A program made the position numbers and the translations under genes. Shown piece by piece: positions 1-8,286 of a DNA stretch of 32,447 bases (the stretch's first letter is position 1; every line of letters starts with the position of its first letter). Where the stretch lies: NCBI GenBank assembly GCA_046753405.1, contig JBHHTN010000001.1, positions 1-32,447 on the forward strand. Reading direction: 5' to 3'. The notes beneath the pieces were generated by a model, which saw only the letters and a program-made list of their open reading frames with translations, had not been told where the DNA came from and made no database searches. Source of the DNA: Candidatus Micrarchaeia archaeon (GTDB taxonomy: Archaea; Micrarchaeota; Micrarchaeia; Norongarragalinales; CAINOH01).

Positions 1-268
1 CTTTTAAAACCCCCATACCTTTCTTACAAACCAAAAAAACACTTTTTTAACCATTTTTTTAAAAAAAAAACACGACCCCCTCTTGAGACAATTTCCCAAG
101 CGTTTTAGAAAGCTTTTATAACATGAAAAGCAAGAATAATTTAAACAGTTTTGGAAAAACCAACTGTCAAAAACCTAAAAAGCACTACTTTAAACGGTTT
201 TTTTTAAGGACGTTTCAACACGCTTGCAATATTCATTAGCATCCCCCCCAAAAAAAAGGTGTAAACAA

Positions 269-670
269 ATGGTTCAATTCCACAAAATTTCAAAAACGAA
301 GAAAACAGGCAGCGGAGGCCACTTGCGACGCTCCAGCGACAAAGCAAAAAAGCACTTCGGGGGCTTTTTTTCAAGAACCAAGCTAATAAAAGGCGAAGGC
401 AAAAAAAGTGAAAAACGCGTTGCCTTCAAAACACTCGGCGGAAGCAAAAAAGTCGCAGCAGAATACGTTCAACACGCAAGCATCACGCAAGAAAACGGCA
501 AAAGCGTGAAAACCAAAATCAAAAACGTGGTTGAAAGCCCGGACAACAGGCACCACGCACGCGAAAACGTAATCACAAAAGGCACAATAATCGAAACCGA
601 AGCAGGAAAAGCCCGCGTGACCTCCCGACCAGGACAACGCGGAACAATAAACGCCGTACTACTAAAATAA
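269..670 (+). CDS. rps8e: 30S ribosomal protein S8e
   Basis: Lies in ORF 224..670. The product MVQFHKISKTKKTGSGGHLRRSSDKAKKHFGG... is K/R-rich with an S8e-type N-terminus. I prefer ATG 269 (AGGTG at 257-261, 7 nt upstream) to the upstream TTG at 224. Confidence 0.8.
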   Translation: MVQFHKISKTKKTGSGGHLRRSSDKAKKHFGGFFSRTKLIKGEGKKSEKRVAFKTLGGSKKVAAEYVQHASITQENGKSVKTKIKNVVESPDNRHHARENVITKGTIIETEAGKARVTSRPGQRGTINAVLLK

Positions 671-674
671 CGGG

Positions 675-680
675 TTTTTT
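675..680 (+). terminator. oligo-T tract after rps8e
   Basis: A T6 run begins 5 nt after the rps8e stop codon. Confidence 0.3.
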
Positions 681-738
681 CGCGTTAAGTCAAAACTATA
701 TAACGAGCGAAAGCAAAAAAACATACTCCGTGAGATAA

Positions 739-1989
739 ATGGAAAAAATAGGAATTGGAATGATTGGCCTTGGAACAGTAGGACAAGGCGTACTGGACAA
801 AATCAACAAGAAAAACGAGCTTAACCTCCAAGTCAAAAAAATAGCAGTGCGCGACCTAAGCAAAAAAAGAAAAATAAGCCTTGAAAACACGCTTACAGAC
901 AAAATCGAAAACGTAGTAGACAACAAAGAAATAAACATCGTAGTAGAAGTTGCAGGTGGAAACCAAGTCCTTCCGTATCTTATTCATGCGCTTGAAAGCG
1001 GAAAACACGTGGTAACTGCAAACAAAGCGCTTTTGGCTGAAAAAGGAGCCGAACTATCACAAGCCGCAAAAAAAGGCAACGCAAACCTTTACTTTGAAGC
1101 AAGCGTCGGCGGCGGCATTCCCATAATCAACCAGTTATACTCCGGATTCTCAAAAGACCAAGTCAACGAAATAACCGGCATTGTAAACGGCACGTGCAAC
1201 TTTGTCTTAGGACAAATGGAAAAAGGAAAGTCATTTGAAGACGCAGTAAAAGACGCGCAAGAAAAAGGATTCGCCGAAGCCGACCCAACAGCCGACGTAG
1301 ACGGACACGACGCAGCACAAAAACTCTCAATAATCACCTCCCTTGCGTTTGGCAAAATGGTTCCCACAAACAAAATTCACACAGAAGGAATCAGAAAAAT
1401 AACCCAAAGCGACATCAAATACGCAAAAGAAAACAACTACGCAATCAAGCTAATAGCTGTTGCAAAAAAAACAAAAGGAAAAATCGAAGCCAGAGTAAAC
1501 CCGACTATGATTCCCCAAGGAAGCATTCTTGCAAACGTCAAAAACGAACAAAACGCCTTTGAAGTCAAAAGCCAGTCGCGCAACCACGTCTACATAGGCG
1601 AAGGAGCAGGACAAAAACCAACTGCAAGCGCAGTTGCAGACGACATAATGAACCTGGCAAAACACATTACACAAAGAACACTACCAAAAACACAATACTT
1701 TGAAATTGCCAAAGCCGAAGAAATAGGCAGCACTGAAGACCTCGAATTCGACTACTACCTCAGGTTTTCAGCCGAAAACAAACCAGGCGTACTTGCAAAA
1801 ATCGCGACAAAACTATACGAGTCCAACATAAACATAGAAAAAGTCACACAAGACGCAAAAAAGAAAGAAAAAACAAGCGTCAAAATAATCATAAGCCACA
1901 CAAAAGAAAAAGACCTTAAAAAAGCAACAGAGGCCCTAAACAAAATACCCAACGTAAAACTCGAAAATTCAATTAAATTTGAGCCTTAA
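739..1989 (+). CDS. hom: homoserine dehydrogenase with C-terminal ACT-like domain
   Basis: 416 aa. Has an N-terminal Rossmann motif (IGMIGLGTVGQGV), a catalytic core (YFEASVGGGIPII, NGTCNFVL, GFAEADPTADVDGHDAAQKL) and an ACT-like tail (YYLRFSAENKPGVLAKIA). Confidence 0.9.
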   Translation: MEKIGIGMIGLGTVGQGVLDKINKKNELNLQVKKIAVRDLSKKRKISLENTLTDKIENVVDNKEINIVVEVAGGNQVLPYLIHALESGKHVVTANKALLAEKGAELSQAAKKGNANLYFEASVGGGIPIINQLYSGFSKDQVNEITGIVNGTCNFVLGQMEKGKSFEDAVKDAQEKGFAEADPTADVDGHDAAQKLSIITSLAFGKMVPTNKIHTEGIRKITQSDIKYAKENNYAIKLIAVAKKTKGKIEARVNPTMIPQGSILANVKNEQNAFEVKSQSRNHVYIGEGAGQKPTASAVADDIMNLAKHITQRTLPKTQYFEIAKAEEIGSTEDLEFDYYLRFSAENKPGVLAKIATKLYESNINIEKVTQDAKKKEKTSVKIIISHTKEKDLKKATEALNKIPNVKLENSIKFEP

Positions 1990-2146
1990 AAAAGCCGAAA
2001 CCTTTATATGCAAAAAAGTAAGCTATTAACAATGCAAAGAGCCGTTTTCTACAAAAACAGCTTTTTCTTTTAACGGGTTCTAAAAACGACAATAGTTCCA
2101 CAACCCAGTCTGACCAAAATTAGTTCTAAAAAAAGTGCAAAACAAA

Positions 2147-2368
2147 ATGCGCTTCAAAGTCATAAAAACAACGTCAACAGGCAACATACTGCTTTCAGGA
2201 GAAAAAAAACCCGTTGAAAAAACCACGAGGTTATACGAAAAAAACAATCAAGTGGCAATAATCCTCGAAACAATCGGAAAGGTGGAAAACCCGCTTTTCC
2301 TGGGAAAAGCAACAAACGCAAAATCAGAAAACCTCGTTGGAAAAACGCTTCAAACCAAAACTTTTTGA
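2147..2368 (+). CDS. gar1: H/ACA RNP component Gar1 (small beta-barrel protein)
   Basis: 73 aa from ATG 2147 (the track start at 2135 is GTG). MRFKVIKTTSTGNILLSGEKKP...VAIILETIGKVENPLFLGKA...LVGKTL follows the archaeal Gar1 pattern (G.v.dvfGpv..Py). It sits directly upstream of tfb. Confidence 0.6.
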   Translation: MRFKVIKTTSTGNILLSGEKKPVEKTTRLYEKNNQVAIILETIGKVENPLFLGKATNAKSENLVGKTLQTKTF

Positions 2369-2389
2369 AAATAAGGTGAAAGAAAAAAA

Positions 2390-3301
2390 ATGATGTACCA
2401 CAGCAAATGCCCCGACTGCGGCGGAAAAAAACTAGTACACGACTCAAGCAGAGGAGAAGTAGTCTGCAAAAGCTGCGGAACTGTATTAGAAGAAAACGTT
2501 GTAAGCGAAGGCCCAGAATGGAGAGCATTCGACGCCGAACAACGCCAAAGCAGGGCACGCACCGGAGCGCCCCTCAAATACATGTCTCCCAACAAAGGAC
2601 TAGTCACTGAAATCGACCAATACAACCGCGACATCCGCGGAGGAAAAATCGCTCCCTCACAACAAGCACAACTCTACAGAATGAGAAAATGGCACAAACG
2701 AGCAAGCATTTCAAACTCAATTGAACGAAACCTCGCAATCGCACTAACAGAATTAAACAGAGTAGCATCTCATTTAGGACTGCAAGAAAACGTCCGCGAG
2801 TCAAGCGCTTTGCTTTACCGCAAATGCGTCGAAAAAGGACTCATCCGAGGAAGACAAATAGAAAGCGTGGTAAGCGCGGTAATCTACGCCATCTGCCGCC
2901 AGTACGGCATCCCGCGCACACTGGACGAAATATCCAACGTAGCCGAAATACCAAAAAAAGAAATCGGCCGAACATACCGCTTGATAACACAAGAACTCGA
3001 ATTAAAAGTGCCCCTTACAAACCCGCGCTTTTACATCACGCGCTTCATCACCGCATTGAAGTTAAGCGGGCAAACCCAGGAAAAAGCAATTGAAATCCTC
3101 GACCAAGCGCTCGTAAAAGGCTTGATTTCAGGAAGAGGCCCAATGGGAGTAGCAGCAGCCTCAGTATACATTGCAAGCGTTTTAACAGGCGAAAGGCGCA
3201 CGCAAAAAGAAGTCGCAGACGTAGCAGGCGTAACCGAAGTCACCATACGAAACCGCTACCGCGAACTCAAAAAAGCACTGGGCCTGAAAGTAAGCATCTA
3301 A
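2390..3301 (+). CDS. tfb: transcription initiation factor IIB (TFB)
   Basis: 303 aa. Has an N-terminal Zn ribbon (CPDCGG...CKSCG), a B-reader/linker (EGPEWRAFD) and two cyclin-fold repeats. AAGGTGA lies about 10 nt upstream of the ATG. Confidence 0.95.
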   Translation: MMYHSKCPDCGGKKLVHDSSRGEVVCKSCGTVLEENVVSEGPEWRAFDAEQRQSRARTGAPLKYMSPNKGLVTEIDQYNRDIRGGKIAPSQQAQLYRMRKWHKRASISNSIERNLAIALTELNRVASHLGLQENVRESSALLYRKCVEKGLIRGRQIESVVSAVIYAICRQYGIPRTLDEISNVAEIPKKEIGRTYRLITQELELKVPLTNPRFYITRFITALKLSGQTQEKAIEILDQALVKGLISGRGPMGVAAASVYIASVLTGERRTQKEVADVAGVTEVTIRNRYRELKKALGLKVSI

Positions 3302-3660
3302 ATTTTCTGGAGGGGCATTTATTTTTTCAACGCCCTTTTTTCTACTTTTTTACTTTAATTTTTTAATGGCCTTTAAAGCCGCTGCAATAAACTTCCTGTC
3401 TTTTGTATTAGGTATTGTTCTCCTAAGCCAAGCTTCAAACGCTTTTTTTGTCGGAGTAAAATTAGCCGTATGATTCAAAATCAGGCCGTCAAGAACAAGA
3501 AAAACACGGTCTTTAACGCCCTCTCCCCTTCAAAAAGCGGCTCTCTTTTCGGAACACCAGGCATTCTTTTTCAACCCCTTTTTCACTGAAAACATTATAG
3601 AAAACCAACTTTAAAAAGGACTAAAAACTTAATGCGTGTTCAGAGGTGCATTCCGAAAAA

Positions 3661-4245
3661 ATGAGCTTGTTACCAATTGAATTATGGAAAAGCGCGCTTT
3701 TGAAGCCAAAGGAAACCTTTGCAAAAGAAAAAGCAAACGCTTCCTTGACAGAAGGAGTAAAGCAAATAGCCGTTGCAGCAGCAGCAGGCGGATTAGTAGT
3801 AGGATTGATAATACTTGTAATATCGCTTTTGGGAGGTCCGGCAGGATTAGTTGCAGGATTAATAGGCGTAGTAGGAGGCGTCGCAGGCGCGGTAATCTTC
3901 GCAGTAATATTCTCACTTATTGGAAACGGAATAACATGGATTATTGCAAAAGTCCTCGGAGGAGCAGGAAGCTTTTCAACGCAGTACTACGTTGCAGCGT
4001 TGTACACCGCACCGGTAATACTTGCAAACATCGCACTTGGAATAATTCCAGTAATAGGCTCGTTAGTTGGCTTGCTTGTCGGCCTGTACAGCATTTACCT
4101 AAGCGTGTTAATGGTAAAAGAAGTCCACCAAATGAGCACACTCAAAGCAGCGGTCGTAGTCTTGTTGCCGGCAATAACACTGGGCATCCTTGTAGTCTTG
4201 GGCCTTGTAACACTACTGGGAGCAACAAGCGGGCTTCTTTTCTAA
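3661..4245 (+). CDS. Yip1-family-like polytopic membrane protein
   Basis: MSLLPIELWKSALLKPKETFAKEK is followed by about 5 G/A/V/L-rich TM segments, an organisation typical of Yip1/DUF1282 proteins. I prefer ATG 3661 to GTG 3646. Confidence 0.5.
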   Translation: MSLLPIELWKSALLKPKETFAKEKANASLTEGVKQIAVAAAAGGLVVGLIILVISLLGGPAGLVAGLIGVVGGVAGAVIFAVIFSLIGNGITWIIAKVLGGAGSFSTQYYVAALYTAPVILANIALGIIPVIGSLVGLLVGLYSIYLSVLMVKEVHQMSTLKAAVVVLLPAITLGILVVLGLVTLLGATSGLLF

Positions 4246-4255
4246 AGGAAATTTC

Positions 4256-4280
4256 AAAGAGGTTTTTTCCCCTCTTTTTT
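4256..4280. terminator. hairpin plus T-run between convergent genes
   Basis: AAAGAGG (4256-4262) pairs with CCTCTTT (4271-4277) around an 8-nt loop. T-runs follow. It lies between the Yip1-like gene (+) and trm1 (-). Confidence 0.35.
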
Positions 4281-5434
4281 CATTTTTTGCTTTTTATAAG
4301 CAATAGCACGTCGCGAACGCTTGCATCAGTCTTTATCCCAGTTGGTGAAAAGTGAGTGCGGCAGGCTTTGAAGCCTTTTTTTTGCAATGCCTTGACAAGG
4401 TCGTCGAGTTTCAGGTGAACGCCTACTTTGAACTTTGAAGTAATGCTTGGAACGTCAAAAAACCAAGCAGGCATAACCGACTGGTTATCACAAACAAGTT
4501 GTGAGAACAATTTCATCAATTCCTTTTTTTCCTTCAACTTAGACTTTTCAACAAGTTTTTCAACGTCAACAAGAAACGCTTGGTCTGACAATTTACCCGT
4601 CCAAAGCGGTCCTGCCCACTCTACATTTGCCTTGCAAATGGGGCAATTTTGCAGGGGAATTTTGCCTGTTTGAACAAAAAAGCATTTTCGGCAAAAAGAC
4701 AAAAATCCAATGTTTTTCTTCAAAGTTTCATCGGCTTTAAGCGCGCTTTTTTCCACTAAAACAAAGGTTTTCACGTAATGACGCTTGTAAAAAGACAACA
4801 AAGGAGTAGCCGCAAAATCAAGCATTGCCGCAACTCTTGCAATCCTCCCCGCTAAAATACGCAAAGCAGTTTCATGCGCGAAAAAATTGTGCAAAGGCTT
4901 CGAGTCGTATTGTCGCACGCACGCCTTGGGCCTTGTGCCGTACAAATTGGCCAAGTCTGTAGCGGTAACCGACAAAACCGCTTTTTTTGAAATCGCGCGA
5001 AAAGCGTTTTCCAAGAAAAACACAGGGGTTCCGAAGGGATCGATTTCCACAAAGTCAAATTTTTCACTTGAATTCAAGAAAAACCGGTTCAAATCCGATT
5101 CAACAACTTTCATTTGCACGCGTTTTGGAATTTTGTTAAGCTTCAAGTTTGCCTTTGCCATTTTAGTTGCAACAGGATTGGCGTCAACCAAAACAACTTT
5201 TTTGACTTTAGATTCAAGCGCATAACGAATCCCTCTTGCTCCAAGGGAAGACAACCCGTCCAACGCGTTTGCGCCTGTCAAACGCTTCAAAGACGCTTTC
5301 AAAGCAAGTGTTGACAGCAAGCGATTGAATGCCATTTGGGGATTGTAAAACACTTCCTGGCCAAAAGGGTTTTCCAAACTTTGCCTTGGCACGCGCAAAA
5401 CGGCTTTTCCTTCAACAGTTTTAACGGCCTTCAT
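4280..5434 (-). CDS. trm1: tRNA (guanine(26)-N2)-dimethyltransferase Trm1
   Basis: Carries FYNPQMAFNRLLS, LDGLSSLGARGIRYA and EIDPFGTP SAM-MTase motifs plus a C-terminal Cys cluster (CRKC...CPIC). I prefer ATG 5434 (MKAVKT...) to the TTG at 5446. Confidence 0.9.
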   Translation of the reverse strand: MKAVKTVEGKAVLRVPRQSLENPFGQEVFYNPQMAFNRLLSTLALKASLKRLTGANALDGLSSLGARGIRYALESKVKKVVLVDANPVATKMAKANLKLNKIPKRVQMKVVESDLNRFFLNSSEKFDFVEIDPFGTPVFFLENAFRAISKKAVLSVTATDLANLYGTRPKACVRQYDSKPLHNFFAHETALRILAGRIARVAAMLDFAATPLLSFYKRHYVKTFVLVEKSALKADETLKKNIGFLSFCRKCFFVQTGKIPLQNCPICKANVEWAGPLWTGKLSDQAFLVDVEKLVEKSKLKEKKELMKLFSQLVCDNQSVMPAWFFDVPSITSKFKVGVHLKLDDLVKALQKKGFKACRTHFSPTGIKTDASVRDVLLLIKSKK

Positions 5435-5527
5435 TTTTCTTTCCAAAAACCCCCTTCTTTGTTTTTAAAGCCGGTGCATTCTTTTATACTTGCGCAAACC
5501 AAAACTTGTTCGGTCTAAACAAAAACG

Positions 5528-5962
5528 GTGAAAAAAACAGCGATTCCGCAGCACTTGGAAGAGTACTTGGAAGCCTTGTGGGTGCTTCAAATTGAAGACA
5601 AGGCAAAAACTGTTAAAACCAACCAAATTGCCAGATTATTGGAAGTTAAAGCTTCAAGTGTAACCGAGGCCTTGGGCAAACTGGAAAAAAAAGGTTGGAT
5701 AAAGCACGAAAAGTATTACGGCGTGAGCCTCACCGGCAAAGGCAAGATGCAAGCTGAAAAGGCCATAAGACGCCACCGTTTGGCCGAAAAATTGTTGATT
5801 GACATCCTAAGAGTGAACCCCAAACACGTTGAAAAAACCGCGTGCGGGTTCGAGCACTACCTTGATAAGAACGTTGAAGCGCGTCTTTGCGAAATCTTAA
5901 ACCACCCGAACAAATGCATTCACGGCAAAAATATTCCAAAAGGAAAATGCTGCAAAAAGTAA
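5528..5962 (+). CDS. DtxR/MntR-family metal-dependent transcriptional repressor
   Basis: 144 aa with a GTG start. Has an N-terminal wHTH (HLEEYLEALWVL...IARLLEVKASSVTEALGKLEKKGWI) and a metal-binding/dimerisation helix region (RRHRLAEKLL...FEH). There is no SH3-like domain. Confidence 0.85.
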   Translation: MKKTAIPQHLEEYLEALWVLQIEDKAKTVKTNQIARLLEVKASSVTEALGKLEKKGWIKHEKYYGVSLTGKGKMQAEKAIRRHRLAEKLLIDILRVNPKHVEKTACGFEHYLDKNVEARLCEILNHPNKCIHGKNIPKGKCCKK

Positions 5963-5982
5963 AGGTTTAAAAACACCTTAAC

Positions 5983-5997
5983 ACCTAATTTTTAGGT
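5983..5997. promoter_or_regulatory. candidate DtxR-family operator (ACCTAA-N3-TTAGGT inverted repeat)
   Basis: ACCTAATTTTTAGGT is a perfect 6-bp-arm palindrome. Its arms equal the outer half-sites of the DtxR/IdeR consensus TTAGGTTAGCCTAACCTAA. It lies between the repressor gene and the FTR1 permease gene and overlaps A/T-rich, TATA-like sequence. Confidence 0.35.
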
Positions 5998-6129
5998 AAC
6001 CCTAAAAATTTAAGTGATGTTTAATGGAAATCGGACTTGACGGAATACTTGGCCTTATGATTATCGGAGCAGTGCTGTGGGAAGTCCTCGAACACGGCGG
6101 GCTTTGAAAAATTAAAAGGTGCAACTGCT

Positions 6130-6957
6130 TTGGTATTATTCCTTGGGGAAAGTTTTCTTCCGTCTCTTCTTATAACTTTTCGCGAAACCTTGGAGGCCGC
6201 GCTGGTAATCGGCATAATCCTGGCTTTCTTGGAAAAAACGCGGAACTTCAAATACAACAAGCACGTTTACCTTGGCGCGGCAGGAGGAATAGTCGCAAGC
6301 CTTGTTTTAGGAGTGCTCTTCGGCGATATTTCGAAGGTCTTGCGCGGAGTAAGCGCGGAATTGTTTGAAGGCGGAGTGCTTCTTTTTGCAGCAGTGCTTT
6401 TGACTTGGATGATTTTATGGATGTTCAAACAAACACACATACGCCAAGAAATAGAAGGCAAAGTCAAAGTCGAACTTGACGAAGGGCATGCCGTCGGCCT
6501 TATGGCGTTCGTGTTCGTGTCGGTTTTCCGCGAGGGCATTGAAACGGTTGTTTTCTTGAACGCTGCGGCTTTTGCAGCAGAAGGCGCGTCTTTGACAGGC
6601 GCTGTAGCAGGAATAGCCGCCGCCGTAATACTGGCGTTTTTGTTGTTTGAAACCGCAATGCGAATTGACTTGAAGTTTTTCTTCAACGCCACAAGCATTT
6701 TGCTCGTTTTATTTGCAGCAGGACTTGTCTCGCACGCAGTGCATGAATTTGAAGAAGCCGGGGTTTTAGAAGAGCAACCTCCTTTGTGGGACACAAAAGC
6801 TCTTTTGGATGAAAAATCAGCACTTGGAAGCGTTTTCCGCGTTTTGTTAGGCTACGACGACCGACCAACTCTTTTTCAAGCAATAGGCTACGCGGGATAC
6901 ATTGTTTTAGTGGGCCTGGCGTTTTTGAACATAGATCGGCTGCACAAAATCATCTGA
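6130..6957 (+). CDS. FTR1/EfeU-family high-affinity iron permease
   Basis: 275 aa and multi-TM. Has two REXXE iron-binding motifs (FRETLEAALV near the N-terminus, FREGIETVVF mid-protein). Confidence 0.85.
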   Translation: MVLFLGESFLPSLLITFRETLEAALVIGIILAFLEKTRNFKYNKHVYLGAAGGIVASLVLGVLFGDISKVLRGVSAELFEGGVLLFAAVLLTWMILWMFKQTHIRQEIEGKVKVELDEGHAVGLMAFVFVSVFREGIETVVFLNAAAFAAEGASLTGAVAGIAAAVILAFLLFETAMRIDLKFFFNATSILLVLFAAGLVSHAVHEFEEAGVLEEQPPLWDTKALLDEKSALGSVFRVLLGYDDRPTLFQAIGYAGYIVLVGLAFLNIDRLHKII

Positions 6958-7085
6958 AAATCCTTTTTTGCCTTTTTAAGCGGTTTATTCAAAAATTCCC
7001 TTAACACGCTAATTTTAAAAGCGAAAAAATTCACATTTAACTACTGGGCAATCACAAAAAAAGAAGGCGAAGGTGGATTGGTAAA

Positions 7086-8276
7086 TTGGGAAAGGCGAAG
7101 CTGGTAGTGTCGGATTCCTGCATGAAAAAGCTCGAGCCAATCATGCAAAAAGCCGCTAATTTTCTCAAAAAGGCGATTGACGAAAAAACGCCGGTTCGCG
7201 TGAAGTTTCACGACGACTGCGACGGAGTGTGCAGCGGCATAGCAATCACACTTGCACTGCAAACTTACCGGAAAAAGAAGGGCTTGCCTGAAAAACTTGA
7301 GTGCGGAGACAATGCAATTGAGAGCTCGCAGGCACACTCGGCCATTTACCTTGAAAAAAACGCTTTTGAAGACTTGAAGGCTTGCGCGAGTTTCGATAAA
7401 AAACCGTTGTTCGTGTTGCTGGACTTTGGTGCAAACAGTGAAAGCATTGGCGCGTTGAACTCGCTGAAAAACGCGGGAGCCAAACTCGTTGTAATCGACC
7501 ACCACCCGCCTGCAAAAGAAGTTTCAAAAATAGCGGATTTCTTTGTTTCCTCGCACGCGCACGATAAAACAGGAGGGCACTGCGCGGGGCTTTTAGCAAC
7601 CCAAACAGCGCACTTCATTGACAAAAGCGTTGCGGAAAAGTACGCTTGGTACGCTCTTCAAGGGGACAAAAGCCCTCTTGCAAAAAACACCGAGTTCAAA
7701 GAAGCCGTTGCGCTGGATTACTTGGTTCATCACTCTGAAGCAGGGACAAGCGCGGAGTACTACGCGGAAAAACTTGAAGACGAACAGGCAATTGAAATTG
7801 CCTGGAGGCTTGCAAAAAGAAGCGAGCAAAAGGTTTTGGAACACGCAACGAGGCACTTGACGGTTAAGGGTTGCGACTGCGATTTGAAATTCGTCTTGGT
7901 TGACTTGGAAAAAATAGTTAAAACGGGAACTTACCCGTCCAAGGGAAAGGCAATAAATGCCGTGCATATAATGGAAAGTGAAAAACTTGAAAAGCCGGTT
8001 GTAAGCTTTGGCTACACAAAGCAAAGCGTGTCGGTGCGCGCCAACGATTTTGCAACGGACACCGGTTTCCGCGCAAGCAATGTGATCAAGCAGTTGAAAA
8101 AAGAGTTTGAACGCGGAATTACAAGCGGGGGAGGACACGATGCTGCCGCAAGCATTCGCTTCGAGGAGGACTACCTTAAACCGATTTTAATCCGCTTTCA
8201 GGAACTTTCGTGCAACCAGTTGGAACAACACGTTGCAAAACACGGGCCTTGCCAATGCGGCGGAAAAGTTTGCTGA
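7086..8276 (+). CDS. DHH/DHHA1-family phosphoesterase (RecJ/GAN-like or nanoRNase-like)
   Basis: Shows DHH motifs HDDCDGVCSG, LLDFG, VVIDHH and a DHHA1 GGGHDAAAS, plus a C-terminal Cys cluster (CQCGGKVC). Starts at TTG with AGGTGGA at 7071-7077. Confidence 0.75.
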   Translation: MGKAKLVVSDSCMKKLEPIMQKAANFLKKAIDEKTPVRVKFHDDCDGVCSGIAITLALQTYRKKKGLPEKLECGDNAIESSQAHSAIYLEKNAFEDLKACASFDKKPLFVLLDFGANSESIGALNSLKNAGAKLVVIDHHPPAKEVSKIADFFVSSHAHDKTGGHCAGLLATQTAHFIDKSVAEKYAWYALQGDKSPLAKNTEFKEAVALDYLVHHSEAGTSAEYYAEKLEDEQAIEIAWRLAKRSEQKVLEHATRHLTVKGCDCDLKFVLVDLEKIVKTGTYPSKGKAINAVHIMESEKLEKPVVSFGYTKQSVSVRANDFATDTGFRASNVIKQLKKEFERGITSGGGHDAAASIRFEEDYLKPILIRFQELSCNQLEQHVAKHGPCQCGGKVC

Positions 8277-8286
8277 ACAAAAAAAA

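Noticed and set aside
2008-2134. A TATA-like CTTTATAT, a 21-aa ORF (MQKSKLLTMQRAVFYKNSFFF) and a hairpin upstream of gar1. I considered an H/ACA or C/D sRNA because of the Gar1 neighbour.
   Set aside because: I found no convincing C/D boxes (no RUGAUGA) and no H/ACA layout with a K-turn plus 3' ACA. The mini-ORF has no RBS. It is most simply promoter or leader sequence for gar1-tfb.
3684-4355. A 223-aa + strand ORF, R/S/K-rich, overlapping the Yip1-like gene and the 3' end of trm1.
   Set aside because: It is an alternative frame of a clearly coding membrane-protein gene. Its low-complexity basic composition is typical of shadow frames in A-rich coding DNA, and it has no motifs.
6267-6794. 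A 175-aa antisense ORF opposite the FTR1 permease. Comparable antisense ORFs lie at 7593..8138, 10837..11286, 11848..12420, 9643..10134 and 7041..7505.
   Set aside because: Each lies antisense to a gene with strong family motifs. Their compositions are S/A/C-rich or otherwise implausible, with no motifs or RBS support.
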